This document shows positions 23,814 through 32,000 of a DNA stretch of 32,000 nucleotides, one piece after another (position 1 is the stretch's first letter; every line of letters starts with the position of its first letter). Origin of the DNA: an uncultured Verrucomicrobia subdivision 3 bacterium. GTDB taxonomy: Bacteria; Verrucomicrobiota; Verrucomicrobiia; Limisphaerales; UBA11358. The DNA lies in NCBI GenBank assembly GCA_903936645.1, contig CAIZWI010000257.1, forward strand, positions 1 through 32,000, written 5' to 3'. A model generated the notes under the pieces. It saw nothing but the letters and a program-made list of their open reading frames with translations, was not told the origin of the DNA and did no database searches. The position numbers were made by a program, and so were the translations under genes.

Positions 23814-26800
23814 TTAATTCAGGTAAACCACGCGATAGAAGACAGCATCTGCCGAGAGGCTGCTGTCGGTATAACTGGCGGTGCCATCTTCGGCCACCGC
23901 AGCGGTGCCAATGGTGGTCCAGACACCCGTCAGGGAGGAGGCACGCTGGATGGTGTAGGTTTTAGCCGGGGAGCCGGTAAACCGGATGACCGTCTGGCCA
24001 CCCGCGAGCACCAGCGGTTGCAGCACCGCGGCAGCCACCGGCGGAAACGAGTAGTAAATGCGCAGTTGCGGGCGTTCACGGGGAATGGCGGCTTCCGCGG
24101 TGTTGAAGCCCCAGCCATCCGAACCATTCAACCAGGGAATGACCACCCAGCCGTAATTGGTTTGGGAGCCATTGATCCAGGCGCGCACATCGGCGGTGAC
24201 GTTGTAGGAATTGAAACCGGACTGGACGAGGGCGGCGAAATCCGGGGTTCCGGCCTGAACATGGGACACGGTCGAGGCCTTGATCCCGTCAGGCTGGATG
24301 CCATTGTTAAAGAAATTCCAAGTGGCATTGGTATCAGTCCACGGCACGAGCATGGTGTAGAACAAACCACCATCGCCCATGGAGTTGGCCGTGACGCTGG
24401 CCAGGTCGAGGATGGCGGCATCCACCTGGGCGCCGGGCGGGACTTGGTTGGTGGTTCCACCCACCAGATTATCAAAGCGGAGGAGAACCTGCTCGGTATC
24501 GCCATTGGTCAGGCTGAGGTAATCCACAAAGACAGGGTTGGCCTGCGAGGCATCCAGATCGGGAGAGCTGGGTTGAATTTTGGTGTCATAGGCATTGGTA
24601 TAGCCATTGACTCCCTGACGGAAACTGACGCCAGCCTCACCCGGCGGCAGCCAGAGCACGTGCAGCCGCGGGCGGTTGGCTTTAACGGAGGCCTCAGCGG
24701 GGTAAAAACCAGTGCCATCCGTGTTAAACGGCCAGCCGCTCATCACCCAGCCATAATTGGCGATACCACTGGCCCAATCCTGCACATCGACGGTAACGCC
24801 CACGTTAATGGTGCCCAATCCGGTGGTGCCGGTGCCAATTTGGTTGCCGATTTGAGAATCGTAGGTGGAGCTGGCCTGGTTGTCATCCTTGAGGATGCCC
24901 CCGCCCACGTTATACCAGGTGGCATTCGTGGAGTCCCAGCTGGTCAACATACGGTTAAGCGTGCCGCCCTGGCCGGGGTTGAGCATGGTCAGCATTAGCT
25001 GGGCGGAAACAATGACCGAGCCCGGCGGAATTTGATTGGAATTGGTGCCGATAATATCGTCAAAACGCATCAAGACCTGGCTTTCGTTGGCAACGCCACC
25101 ATCCGGCCAATCAATCAACAAACCATCCGACGCGGTGCCACTGGGCTGAGCCTGGCCGGGATTCGCCTGGGCCAGGGAAATGTCACGCTCGGAATTATAC
25201 ACGCCGTAGCCGTAATCGAGGCCATCCTGGAACTGGATGTCGCGCAGCAGGCCAATGCGGATCACCTTGCTGGCACTGCTAACACCGCCCAGACCGTTGT
25301 AGAGGGCCACGGTGGCGGTGCGGCTTACGGGGGCAACATTGCCCACCGCGGTTTGGAACGTCACATTTTGGACCAGGGCCTGCACGGCCGCCGGGGTGGC
25401 CAGGTTGTTCAGTAGAACAATCAAGGGCGATTTATTGGCTCCGCCGGACAACGTGCCGATGATATTTTTGCCGTAGGTCACGTTCGTGCCGGTGACTCCG
25501 ATTTGCCCGGTGCCGGTACCGGTGCTTTTAATCGCCAGCACATCCCCGGCGGTCGCATTTTGGGTTAAGGTTACGGTCAAAGCCCCTGCGGGGTAGCTGC
25601 CATTGGCGGAATCCGTGACCACGGCCTGGGCATCCAGGAATACGGCCGGGGAACCCAAGCCATAGATGCAATCGCCGGAGGGCAGGTTCAAGGCGGCCTC
25701 GTTATCAATGGTGGTGGCGGCGATCGTGGGCAGATAGAAACCATCGTAGACCGGGTCGGTGGAGGTCACCGTGGTGCTGATGACATAAGCCACGTCGCCA
25801 TCATTAATATAATTGTCCGGAGCCGTGACCTGAACCGTTTGCGGCACATTCCAGTTGGCGCTGTTAAAGGTCAGGATGGCGGGCGAAATGCTGCCTTTGG
25901 CGGGATTGCTGGAGGTGGTGTGCACGAGGACGTTGGCCACGGGACTGGAGCCCAACACCACGGTATAGGTGCCGGACTGGCCTTCCACCAGGGAAATGGA
26001 GGCACCGGCCGTAACGGTGATGCTAGCAACATCATTATCAAGGTTGACACAGGCGACGTTAGTCGCTTGGAGGCCATTGTAATGGAGGTCGGCACTCACT
26101 GCCGGGGCGGGGATGATGCTGTAGGCGACCGAGCCATCCACCACGAAATCGTCGACACCCGTGACGGTGACCACTTGGTTGCTGGCGTAGTTGGCCGGGG
26201 TAAAGGTGAGGGAGGCGGGCGAAGGCAGGCCTTCACCGGGCTTGCTGGAGGTCAGACCAATGGTGACCGGAGCGGAAGGTTTGGAATTCAAGTGGACCGC
26301 GAACGTGGCCGAGCCGCCCGCTTCGGTGGTGACCAGACCACTGCTCGGAGCCACGGCAATGCCGGCTTGATCGTTATCGGCATTGACCACGGCGACATCC
26401 GCCGGATCCAGGCCGCTATAGGCGGGATCATCACTGACGGCCGGGGCCAGAATAATGGTGTACGGTTGGGGACCATCGACCACATTGTCATCCACGCCCG
26501 TGACGGTGACGGTTTGCGGGACATTCCAATTGTTGGTGGTGAAGGTCAAGCTGGCCGGGGAGACCACACCTTCGCCGGGGTTGCTGGAGGCCAGGGCGAT
26601 GGTGACATCGGCCCCGGGCGGATAGTTCAAGGCCACCGTAAAGTGATCGGAAGTGCCATTTTCCGAGGTGTTCAAACCGTTGGTGGGCGAGACGTTGAAG
26701 CCGGGTTTCGGACCGGGAATGAAGACAAAGGAGGCCACCGGCTGAATTTGCGGGGGCGTCACCGAGGTATCCGTGGGGGTTTCCAAGGTGGGCAAGGCGG

Positions 26801-29800
26801 AGGGATTGACGTCGCGAGAATAGATCAGCCAGCCATCACCATCGGCGGTGTAATTGATAATGTTGTCCTGGTTGATGCTTTGACCGCCTTCACAGGAGGT
26901 GATGAGCACCCCGTTGGTGGGGTTGTAACCGGGAATGGTCAGGCGGTAGGTGCCCACGTCAATATTAGAGATGGCAAACTGGGGGCTGTCGCCATTGTAC
27001 ATGGCAATGGAGGCGTCGGACATGAACTTGCCGGAGATGACGGTGTTGTTGGTCCGGGGAATGAAGACGAAGGCAATGGGATCCTGTTCGTAAGCCGCCG
27101 CGTCACCATGGTTGTCTTTGACCCAAAGATTCCAAGTGCCGTTGGTATTGGCAGCGGAGAGGGCGAAGTTACCCTCATCCTTGCCGTGGTTCACGATCAG
27201 CACGCCGTCGGTGGTGGAATTATACCCCATGCTGCGCAAGTCCAGGGTGAACACACCGCCGCCATAACTCACAAACTGATTGCCGAGGCTCAAGCCACGC
27301 GAACCGGTGAAGAAATCGGTCGGACCGCCATTGATAGCCGTGGAATTCCGCCCCCAACCGCAAATCCAGTCGGAATAAGTAAAATAGGCCACGGCAAAAC
27401 TGGCGTTCTCCCGCGCGCGATTGGCGGTCGTATCATAAGTCACGACGGAATAGCCCGGATTCACCGGATCAAACGAACCGGCAATCGCGGGCATGTCATA
27501 AGTAAAGGTGCCATCGCCATTGTCCCGGCCGTTTTCGGTGATGGCGCTGACGATCAAACCGTTGGTGGTGTCATCGGAAGCATACACACCCACTTGCAAG
27601 TTATAGATGCCGCGGATGGAGCCCGGCCGGATGCGCATGTCATTAATGCTCAAGGTGGTGGTGGCAGTCACGGAATTGGTGGTGTTGCCGGTGTCGTTCT
27701 GAACGACATTCACGTTGGCCGCCGAAACCGGATAAATGATAGGGGCCTCGTTATCGACGGTGGTGCCGGAGATGGTCAAGATGGAGATACCCGCATAAAG
27801 GGGATCGGCCGAGGTGGCAGTGCCGGTGATGGTGTAGTTAAAATCACCATCGCTGATGGAGTTGTCGACCGCCGTGAGGGTGAGGGTTTGCGGCACATTC
27901 CAGTTGGCACTGGTGAAGCTTACCTGGGTCGGGGAGAGACTGCCTTTCAGGGGGTTGCTGGAGGTGAAATTGAGGGTTACCGGAGCGATGGGACTGGAGG
28001 TGAGCACCACGGTATAATTCGTGGACTGGCCTTCTTTCATGGTAATCTGGGTGGCGGCGGAGAGCCGCACGCTGGCCACATCGTTGTCCAAGTTGAGGCA
28101 CGCAACATCGGCGGCATCAAAACCATTGTAATGCGAGTCGGTACTGACCGCCGGGGCCGTGATAATGGTATAATTGATATCACCATCGACCACAAAATCA
28201 TCCACGCCCGTAACCGTAACGACCTGGTCGGTGGCATAATTAGTGGTGGTAAAGGTGAGGGAGGCGGGCGAGGGCAGGCCTTCGCCGGGTTTGCTGGAGG
28301 ACAAGCCAATGGTCACACTGGCGGAGGGCTTGGAATTCAAGTGCACGGCGAAGGTGGCGGAGCCGCCAGCTTCGGAGGTGACGAGGCCGGTATTGGGCAC
28401 CACGGAAATGCCGGCCTGGTCGTTATCGGCATTAATTGCCGAAACATCCGCGGGATCAAGGCCGCTATAGGCCGGGTCGGCACTGACAGCCGGGGCAAGA
28501 ATGATGGTATATGGCTGCGGCCCATCAACGACATTGTCATCCACCCCGGTGACGGTCACGGTTTGCGGGACGTTCCAGTTGTTGGTCGTGAAGGTGAGGG
28601 TGGCGGGTGCGGCCACGCCTTCGGCGGGGTTGCTGGAGGAAACACTGATGGTTACATCCGCAGTGGGGGGATAGTCCAAGGAAACCACAAAGTGATCGGA
28701 GGTGCCATTTTCTGACGTATTCAAGCCATTGGTGGGCGTGACGGAGATGTTTGGCGTGGGGCCGGGAATCAGGACAAAGGAAGCCACGAGCTGGCCCGTG
28801 GGGGTTTCCAACACAGGCACATCACTGGCGTTGATGTCCCGGGTGTAGATCAGCCAGCCATCACCATCGGGGGTATAATCAACAATATTATCCTGGTTGA
28901 GGCTCTGACCGCCTTCGGGGGAGGTGATTAACACGGCATTGGTGGGGGAATAACCCGGGGCGGTGAGACGGTAAGTGCCGACATCCACCACGGAAACGCT
29001 GAACTGGGGAGTGCTGCCGCTGTACATGGCAATGGAGGCATCGGCCATAAACTTGCCGGAAATGAGGGTGGTATTGGTGCGGGGAACGAAGACAAAGGCA
29101 ATGGGGTCCTGCTCATAAGCCGCGGCATCGCCGTGGTTATCCTTGACCCACAAGGACCAGGTGCCGTCTGCATTGGCGCGGGACAGGGCGAAATTGCCCT
29201 CGTCCTTGGCATGGTTCACCAACAAAATGCCATCCGTGGTGGAATTGACACCCAGGCTGCGCAAGTCCAGTGAGAACACCCCGCCGCCGGCACTTTTGAA
29301 CTGGGTGCCCAGCCGGATACCCGCCGAGCTGGTAAAGAGGTCGGTGGCCCCGCCATTGGTGGCGCGGGAATTACGACCCCACCCGCAAAGGAAATTGGTG
29401 TAGGGGAAATAGGCGACGGCACAATTGCCATTATTCCGCGCCCGGTTGGCGGTGGTGTCATAATTGAAGATGGAGTAGGCACCGGCATTGGTGCCAAAGG
29501 CGGTCATCTGGTAGTAAAACCCATTGCCATTGTTCCGGCCATCCTCGGTGCTGGAGGTCATCACGAGGCCATTGGCGACATCATCGGAGGGATCGGGTCC
29601 CACCTGGATGTTGTAAATGGCTTTGACCGAGCCGGGGCGAACTTCCAAGTCGTTGATGCTCAGCGTGGGAATGACGGTCACGGAATTGGTGGTGTTACCG
29701 ACGTCATTTTGAATGATCGTCAAATTGGCCGCCGAAATATGGTGCTGGATGGTGCGGGCGCTGGCATGGTTGGCCGCCAGGAGCAGCAAGCCCAGGATCA

Positions 29801-29939
29801 GCAGGAGCAGGGCAGGCGGCAGGCTCCGGCGCCCGGAGGAATCATTTCGCCGCACGGTTTCGGCCAAAACCAAGCGCCAAGAGGTATCAGAATTCATTTG
29901 GGTAATAGATGGGATGTTGGTGTCCTTTTTTAGACACAT
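23814..29939 (-). CDS. giant secreted surface protein (2041 aa)
   Basis: Architecture: signal peptide LLLLILGLLLLAANHASA, then 2 x [unassigned ~335-aa head module + 3 Calx-beta/cadherin-like Ig-fold repeats]. These are followed by an adhesin-type repeat, 2 DNRLRE-like modules and a C-terminal beta domain. The ~110-aa Ig-fold repeats carry LTFT..NWNVPQTVTVTGVDD.VVDG..YTI....S.D..Y.G.....V...N.DND. The two C-terminal modules carry QVL(M/L)RFD....G...NQ(I/V)PPG..V..A.L.L......W...NATW (DNRLRE-like). The last ~75 aa end in AVFYRVVYLN. ATG 29939 is used; an alternative ATG lies at 29897. Confidence 0.9.
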   Translation of the reverse strand: MCLKKDTNIPSITQMNSDTSWRLVLAETVRRNDSSGRRSLPPALLLLILGLLLLAANHASARTIQHHISAANLTIIQNDVGNTTNSVTVIPTLSINDLEVRPGSVKAIYNIQVGPDPSDDVANGLVMTSSTEDGRNNGNGFYYQMTAFGTNAGAYSIFNYDTTANRARNNGNCAVAYFPYTNFLCGWGRNSRATNGGATDLFTSSAGIRLGTQFKSAGGGVFSLDLRSLGVNSTTDGILLVNHAKDEGNFALSRANADGTWSLWVKDNHGDAAAYEQDPIAFVFVPRTNTTLISGKFMADASIAMYSGSTPQFSVSVVDVGTYRLTAPGYSPTNAVLITSPEGGQSLNQDNIVDYTPDGDGWLIYTRDINASDVPVLETPTGQLVASFVLIPGPTPNISVTPTNGLNTSENGTSDHFVVSLDYPPTADVTISVSSSNPAEGVAAPATLTFTTNNWNVPQTVTVTGVDDNVVDGPQPYTIILAPAVSADPAYSGLDPADVSAINADNDQAGISVVPNTGLVTSEAGGSATFAVHLNSKPSASVTIGLSSSKPGEGLPSPASLTFTTTNYATDQVVTVTGVDDFVVDGDINYTIITAPAVSTDSHYNGFDAADVACLNLDNDVASVRLSAATQITMKEGQSTNYTVVLTSSPIAPVTLNFTSSNPLKGSLSPTQVSFTSANWNVPQTLTLTAVDNSISDGDFNYTITGTATSADPLYAGISILTISGTTVDNEAPIIYPVSAANVNVVQNDTGNTTNSVTATTTLSINDMRIRPGSIRGIYNLQVGVYASDDTTNGLIVSAITENGRDNGDGTFTYDMPAIAGSFDPVNPGYSVVTYDTTANRARENASFAVAYFTYSDWICGWGRNSTAINGGPTDFFTGSRGLSLGNQFVSYGGGVFTLDLRSMGYNSTTDGVLIVNHGKDEGNFALSAANTNGTWNLWVKDNHGDAAAYEQDPIAFVFIPRTNNTVISGKFMSDASIAMYNGDSPQFAISNIDVGTYRLTIPGYNPTNGVLITSCEGGQSINQDNIINYTADGDGWLIYSRDVNPSALPTLETPTDTSVTPPQIQPVASFVFIPGPKPGFNVSPTNGLNTSENGTSDHFTVALNYPPGADVTIALASSNPGEGVVSPASLTFTTNNWNVPQTVTVTGVDDNVVDGPQPYTIILAPAVSDDPAYSGLDPADVAVVNADNDQAGIAVAPSSGLVTTEAGGSATFAVHLNSKPSAPVTIGLTSSKPGEGLPSPASLTFTPANYASNQVVTVTGVDDFVVDGSVAYSIIPAPAVSADLHYNGLQATNVACVNLDNDVASITVTAGASISLVEGQSGTYTVVLGSSPVANVLVHTTSSNPAKGSISPAILTFNSANWNVPQTVQVTAPDNYINDGDVAYVISTTVTSTDPVYDGFYLPTIAATTIDNEAALNLPSGDCIYGLGSPAVFLDAQAVVTDSANGSYPAGALTVTLTQNATAGDVLAIKSTGTGTGQIGVTGTNVTYGKNIIGTLSGGANKSPLIVLLNNLATPAAVQALVQNVTFQTAVGNVAPVSRTATVALYNGLGGVSSASKVIRIGLLRDIQFQDGLDYGYGVYNSERDISLAQANPGQAQPSGTASDGLLIDWPDGGVANESQVLMRFDDIIGTNSNQIPPGSVIVSAQLMLTMLNPGQGGTLNRMLTSWDSTNATWYNVGGGILKDDNQASSTYDSQIGNQIGTGTTGLGTINVGVTVDVQDWASGIANYGWVMSGWPFNTDGTGFYPAEASVKANRPRLHVLWLPPGEAGVSFRQGVNGYTNAYDTKIQPSSPDLDASQANPVFVDYLSLTNGDTEQVLLRFDNLVGGTTNQVPPGAQVDAAILDLASVTANSMGDGGLFYTMLVPWTDTNATWNFFNNGIQPDGIKASTVSHVQAGTPDFAALVQSGFNSYNVTADVRAWINGSQTNYGWVVIPWLNGSDGWGFNTAEAAIPRERPQLRIYYSFPPVAAAVLQPLVLAGGQTVIRFTGSPAKTYTIQRASSLTGVWTTIGTAAVAEDGTASYTDSSLSADAVFYRVVYLN
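25695..29756 (-). repeat. intragenic tandem duplication: two ~2.0 kb super-repeats (residues ~62-731 and ~732-1415)
   Basis: The copies are colinear at roughly 70-75% aa identity by eye, with stretches of >50 identical residues (LTFTTNNWNVPQTVTVTGVDDNVVDGPQPYTIILAPAVS.DPAYSGLDPADV). The DNA of those stretches differs mainly at synonymous sites (compare 28500-28640 with 26440-26580). Confidence 0.85.
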
Positions 29940-30271
29940 TCTAGGTTACCAAGGAAGAAATTGGAGACAACGGAACTGAGTATTCCATTCCAGTGAATAG
30001 CACAAAGGAGAATCGAAAAAGGGACAACTGTGTTTGCCAGAACTTAACAAACGACATGCTACCGTAACACCGTTCCAGCGTGCAGCGGCAGTCTGGCGGC
30101 GGAATACAGGCGTGAACAGCCGGGCGACGGCAGTTAAGTTTCCACCCAAGTCAGTGGCCGTGGCCGCACGGCAAGCACGGAATTACACGCCGCGCGGATT
30201 GCCGGTGGATTCATGACGGCGGCCGCCGTTCGGGTCGACGGAAGGATGGGGCGGCACACTGGCCGGCGGTT

Positions 30272-32000
30272 TTAGTCACCGTCAGCATCCTGGCCGGCGC
30301 GGGCCAGCACGAAACCGGCATGGGTGGGAGCGGGCATGGGGCGGGCAGCACCCTTGACGGAACGCCAAATGACCTCATTGAATTTGAGGTCGTCATTCAC
30401 ATCTTCCCGCTGGAAGTTGAAACTTTCCTCCAGCCCTTTGGCGGCGGGAGGGTTGTGTTCCTGAAGGTCCACCCCGGCAGGCAAACCATCGTAGGGGGTG
30501 AGGTCGGCCTGGGCTTGAAAGGAATGGTACATGGGGCGGGCGGCGGCATCAAATTGGGTCATGGGCTGAAGGCCCAGAATTAATTCCATGGTGCGTAACA
30601 TGCTGGTTGTGGAGTAGAGGGTGGAATCAACCGCCCCGTGCCGGGTGTAGGGGCTGATGACCAAGGCCTCGGTGCGATGGGCATCCACATGGTCAGGACC
30701 ATTTTGGGCATCGTCCTCAATGACAAAAATGGCGGTGCTGGCCCAGAATTTCGAACGGCTGACGGCGGCCACCAGCTTGCCCAGGGCCTGGTCATTTTCC
30801 GCCACATACGCGGTGGGGGATAATTTTCCGGGGCTGACGCCATGGGTATGATCATTGGGCAGGCGGACAATTTGCAGGCGGGGCATGTCCCCGATGGCTT
30901 CAAACCGGTGCAACTCGGCAATAAACCGGTCGGCCCGCGAAGCATCCGGATAATCCAAATTGAAGCTTTGAAACCCAGGGTCAAAGTGACCGGCCAACCC
31001 TTTTAGGCGGACGGTTCCAGGATCATTGGTGGTGGGTCCATTATGCACGAATTCGCCATAACTCCGGTAACTGACCCCGGCGGCGGCGGCTTGATCCCAC
31101 AGATACCCACTGGAGGGGGAGGCGATGGGGAAATTGCCTTCACTGGGATAGGGGAATTTGGTTTTTTTATGGCCATAGTTGAAGGGCCAGGTTTTTTCCA
31201 CGAAGTCAGAGGCGTAGGCGGCCATGGACCATTCATGCCCATCGGCGCTGACTTCGGCATCCACATAAAAATTGTCCAGGAGCACAAATTGGGCGACGAG
31301 TTTATGCAAATTGGGGGTGACCTTTGCGGGGAACAGGCACAGGTCCGGATCGCCATTGCCCGCTTTCACATCGCCGAATACCTGATCATAGGTACGGTTT
31401 TCTTTAATGATATATATGCAATGGGTGAGAGGGCTGGGGTCGCCCGGGCGGCCGGGAATGGGATTGCCGGGCGGGGGGGCGGTGACCACGGAGGCATCGG
31501 GGCGCAAGGGGGTGCATTGGAGCACGGTGGTGGTCCAGACGGCCATTTGGCGGTCCAGGTCGCCGGGTGACGGGAGATCCACAACACTCAGCGTGCCGGT
31601 GAACAGGCCGCCGATGTATTGGGATTTGCCTTTTTTATTGGTTTTACCGGGCGCGGGCTGCGGGCCTTCGGGGTTGGCCATGGCTTTGTCCCCTTTGCCG
31701 TTGGAAATCAATAATTTCCGGCCATCGGGGGTCACCCGGACACACGTGGGGTACCAGCCGCTGGGGATAAAGCCCAAACTGCGACCGTGCCCGGGGGCGG
31801 ACACATCAAAGACAGCGATGGCGTTGAGGTTGGCATTGGCGACGAACAATATTTTTCCATTCGGCGTGAGGGCGAGGCTGTTGGGGGTGGCTCCGCGCGG
31901 GGACTGGGGGTAGGTGGTGGCCCACAAATTTTCTGAAATCTGGCCGGTTTGAGTATCCAGCACGGAAACGGTGTTGTCATTGGCATTGGCCACAAAGAGT
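30272..32000 (-). CDS. partial CDS (5' end beyond window): YncE/YVTN beta-propeller fused to a phosphoesterase (PF04185 phospholipase C / acid phosphatase AcpA family) domain
   Basis: The propeller repeats read ...LFVANANDNTVSVLD..., LFVANANLNAIAVFD and VTPDGRKLLISNGKG. The phosphoesterase blocks read IYIIKENRTYDQVFGD, SADGHEWS, LPNDHTHG and FVIEDDAQNGPDHVDAHRT. The frame is open to the window edge. Confidence 0.85.
   Translation of the reverse strand, partial: LFVANANDNTVSVLDTQTGQISENLWATTYPQSPRGATPNSLALTPNGKILFVANANLNAIAVFDVSAPGHGRSLGFIPSGWYPTCVRVTPDGRKLLISNGKGDKAMANPEGPQPAPGKTNKKGKSQYIGGLFTGTLSVVDLPSPGDLDRQMAVWTTTVLQCTPLRPDASVVTAPPPGNPIPGRPGDPSPLTHCIYIIKENRTYDQVFGDVKAGNGDPDLCLFPAKVTPNLHKLVAQFVLLDNFYVDAEVSADGHEWSMAAYASDFVEKTWPFNYGHKKTKFPYPSEGNFPIASPSSGYLWDQAAAAGVSYRSYGEFVHNGPTTNDPGTVRLKGLAGHFDPGFQSFNLDYPDASRADRFIAELHRFEAIGDMPRLQIVRLPNDHTHGVSPGKLSPTAYVAENDQALGKLVAAVSRSKFWASTAIFVIEDDAQNGPDHVDAHRTEALVISPYTRHGAVDSTLYSTTSMLRTMELILGLQPMTQFDAAARPMYHSFQAQADLTPYDGLPAGVDLQEHNPPAAKGLEESFNFQREDVNDDLKFNEVIWRSVKGAARPMPAPTHAGFVLARAGQDADGD

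Noticed and set aside
25839-28715. 958-aa ORF on the plus strand, the second-longest in the window
   Set aside because: It is antisense to the giant gene. Its translation is G/R/H/D/I low-complexity with no domain-like blocks, while the minus-strand frame has clear repeated domain architecture and a signal peptide. This is the typical shadow ORF of high-GC DNA.
23814-29939. Repetitive DNA inside the giant gene as a CRISPR-like or satellite array
   Set aside because: The repeats are 330-2000 bp, in frame, and diverged at synonymous sites. They encode Ig-fold and head domains. There is no short repeat/spacer periodicity and there are no cas genes.
30216-30229. 14-nt perfect palindrome ACGGCGGCCGCCGT (contains a NotI site) just downstream of the phosphoesterase gene
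   Set aside because: As RNA it leaves only a ~5-bp stem once a loop is allowed, and no U-tract follows. GC-rich palindromes of this size are common in such genomes.

Overview
High-GC (about 60%) bacterial chromosomal segment. It is most likely Verrucomicrobiota, inferred from an [17 protein letters not shown]...H-X9-DG pseudopilin-like protein, a GxxExxY gene and a giant secreted protein ending in ...FYRVVYLN. I saw no rRNA, tRNA, CRISPR array, transposase or integrase. Left third (1-8507, all minus strand): amino-sugar modification genes (GT2 polyprenyl-phosphate-type glycosyltransferase, DegT aminotransferase, Gfo/Idh/MocA oxidoreductase). These are interrupted by a nucleotidyltransferase-fold ORF and a low-GC GxxExxY gene. 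They are followed by a DUF4139 protein, an Xaa-Pro aminopeptidase and an L-threonine aldolase broken by a 1-nt frameshift. Middle (8887-22830): a GH79 and a GH30-like glycosidase and a 31-codon remnant of an MFS transporter. Next comes a three-gene hydroxyproline (Hyp) catabolic operon (epimerase, FAD D-Hyp dehydrogenase, DHDPS-family deaminase). It is transcribed divergently from a PAS-AraC regulator and a peptidase operon (S9B dipeptidyl peptidase, DUF885 metallopeptidase-like protein, POT peptide transporter). The main candidate for new biology is in the S9B peptidase. It carries an internal module that aligns without gaps to the Hyp-binding beta domain of human pVHL, with all five Hyp-pocket positions conserved. 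This suggests a Hyp-peptide-targeted degradation and uptake locus. Right third: a pseudopilin-like H-X9-DG protein, then a 2041-aa surface protein built from a tandemly duplicated ~2 kb super-repeat whose ~335-aa head module I cannot assign to any family, then a partial YncE-propeller/phosphoesterase fusion. Smaller signals: a G-quadruplex-type heptamer repeat, a CAA-rich dispersed repeat, candidate operator repeats, a clean intrinsic terminator and several start-codon anomalies. All homology calls come from reading the translations and from memory; no database search was run.
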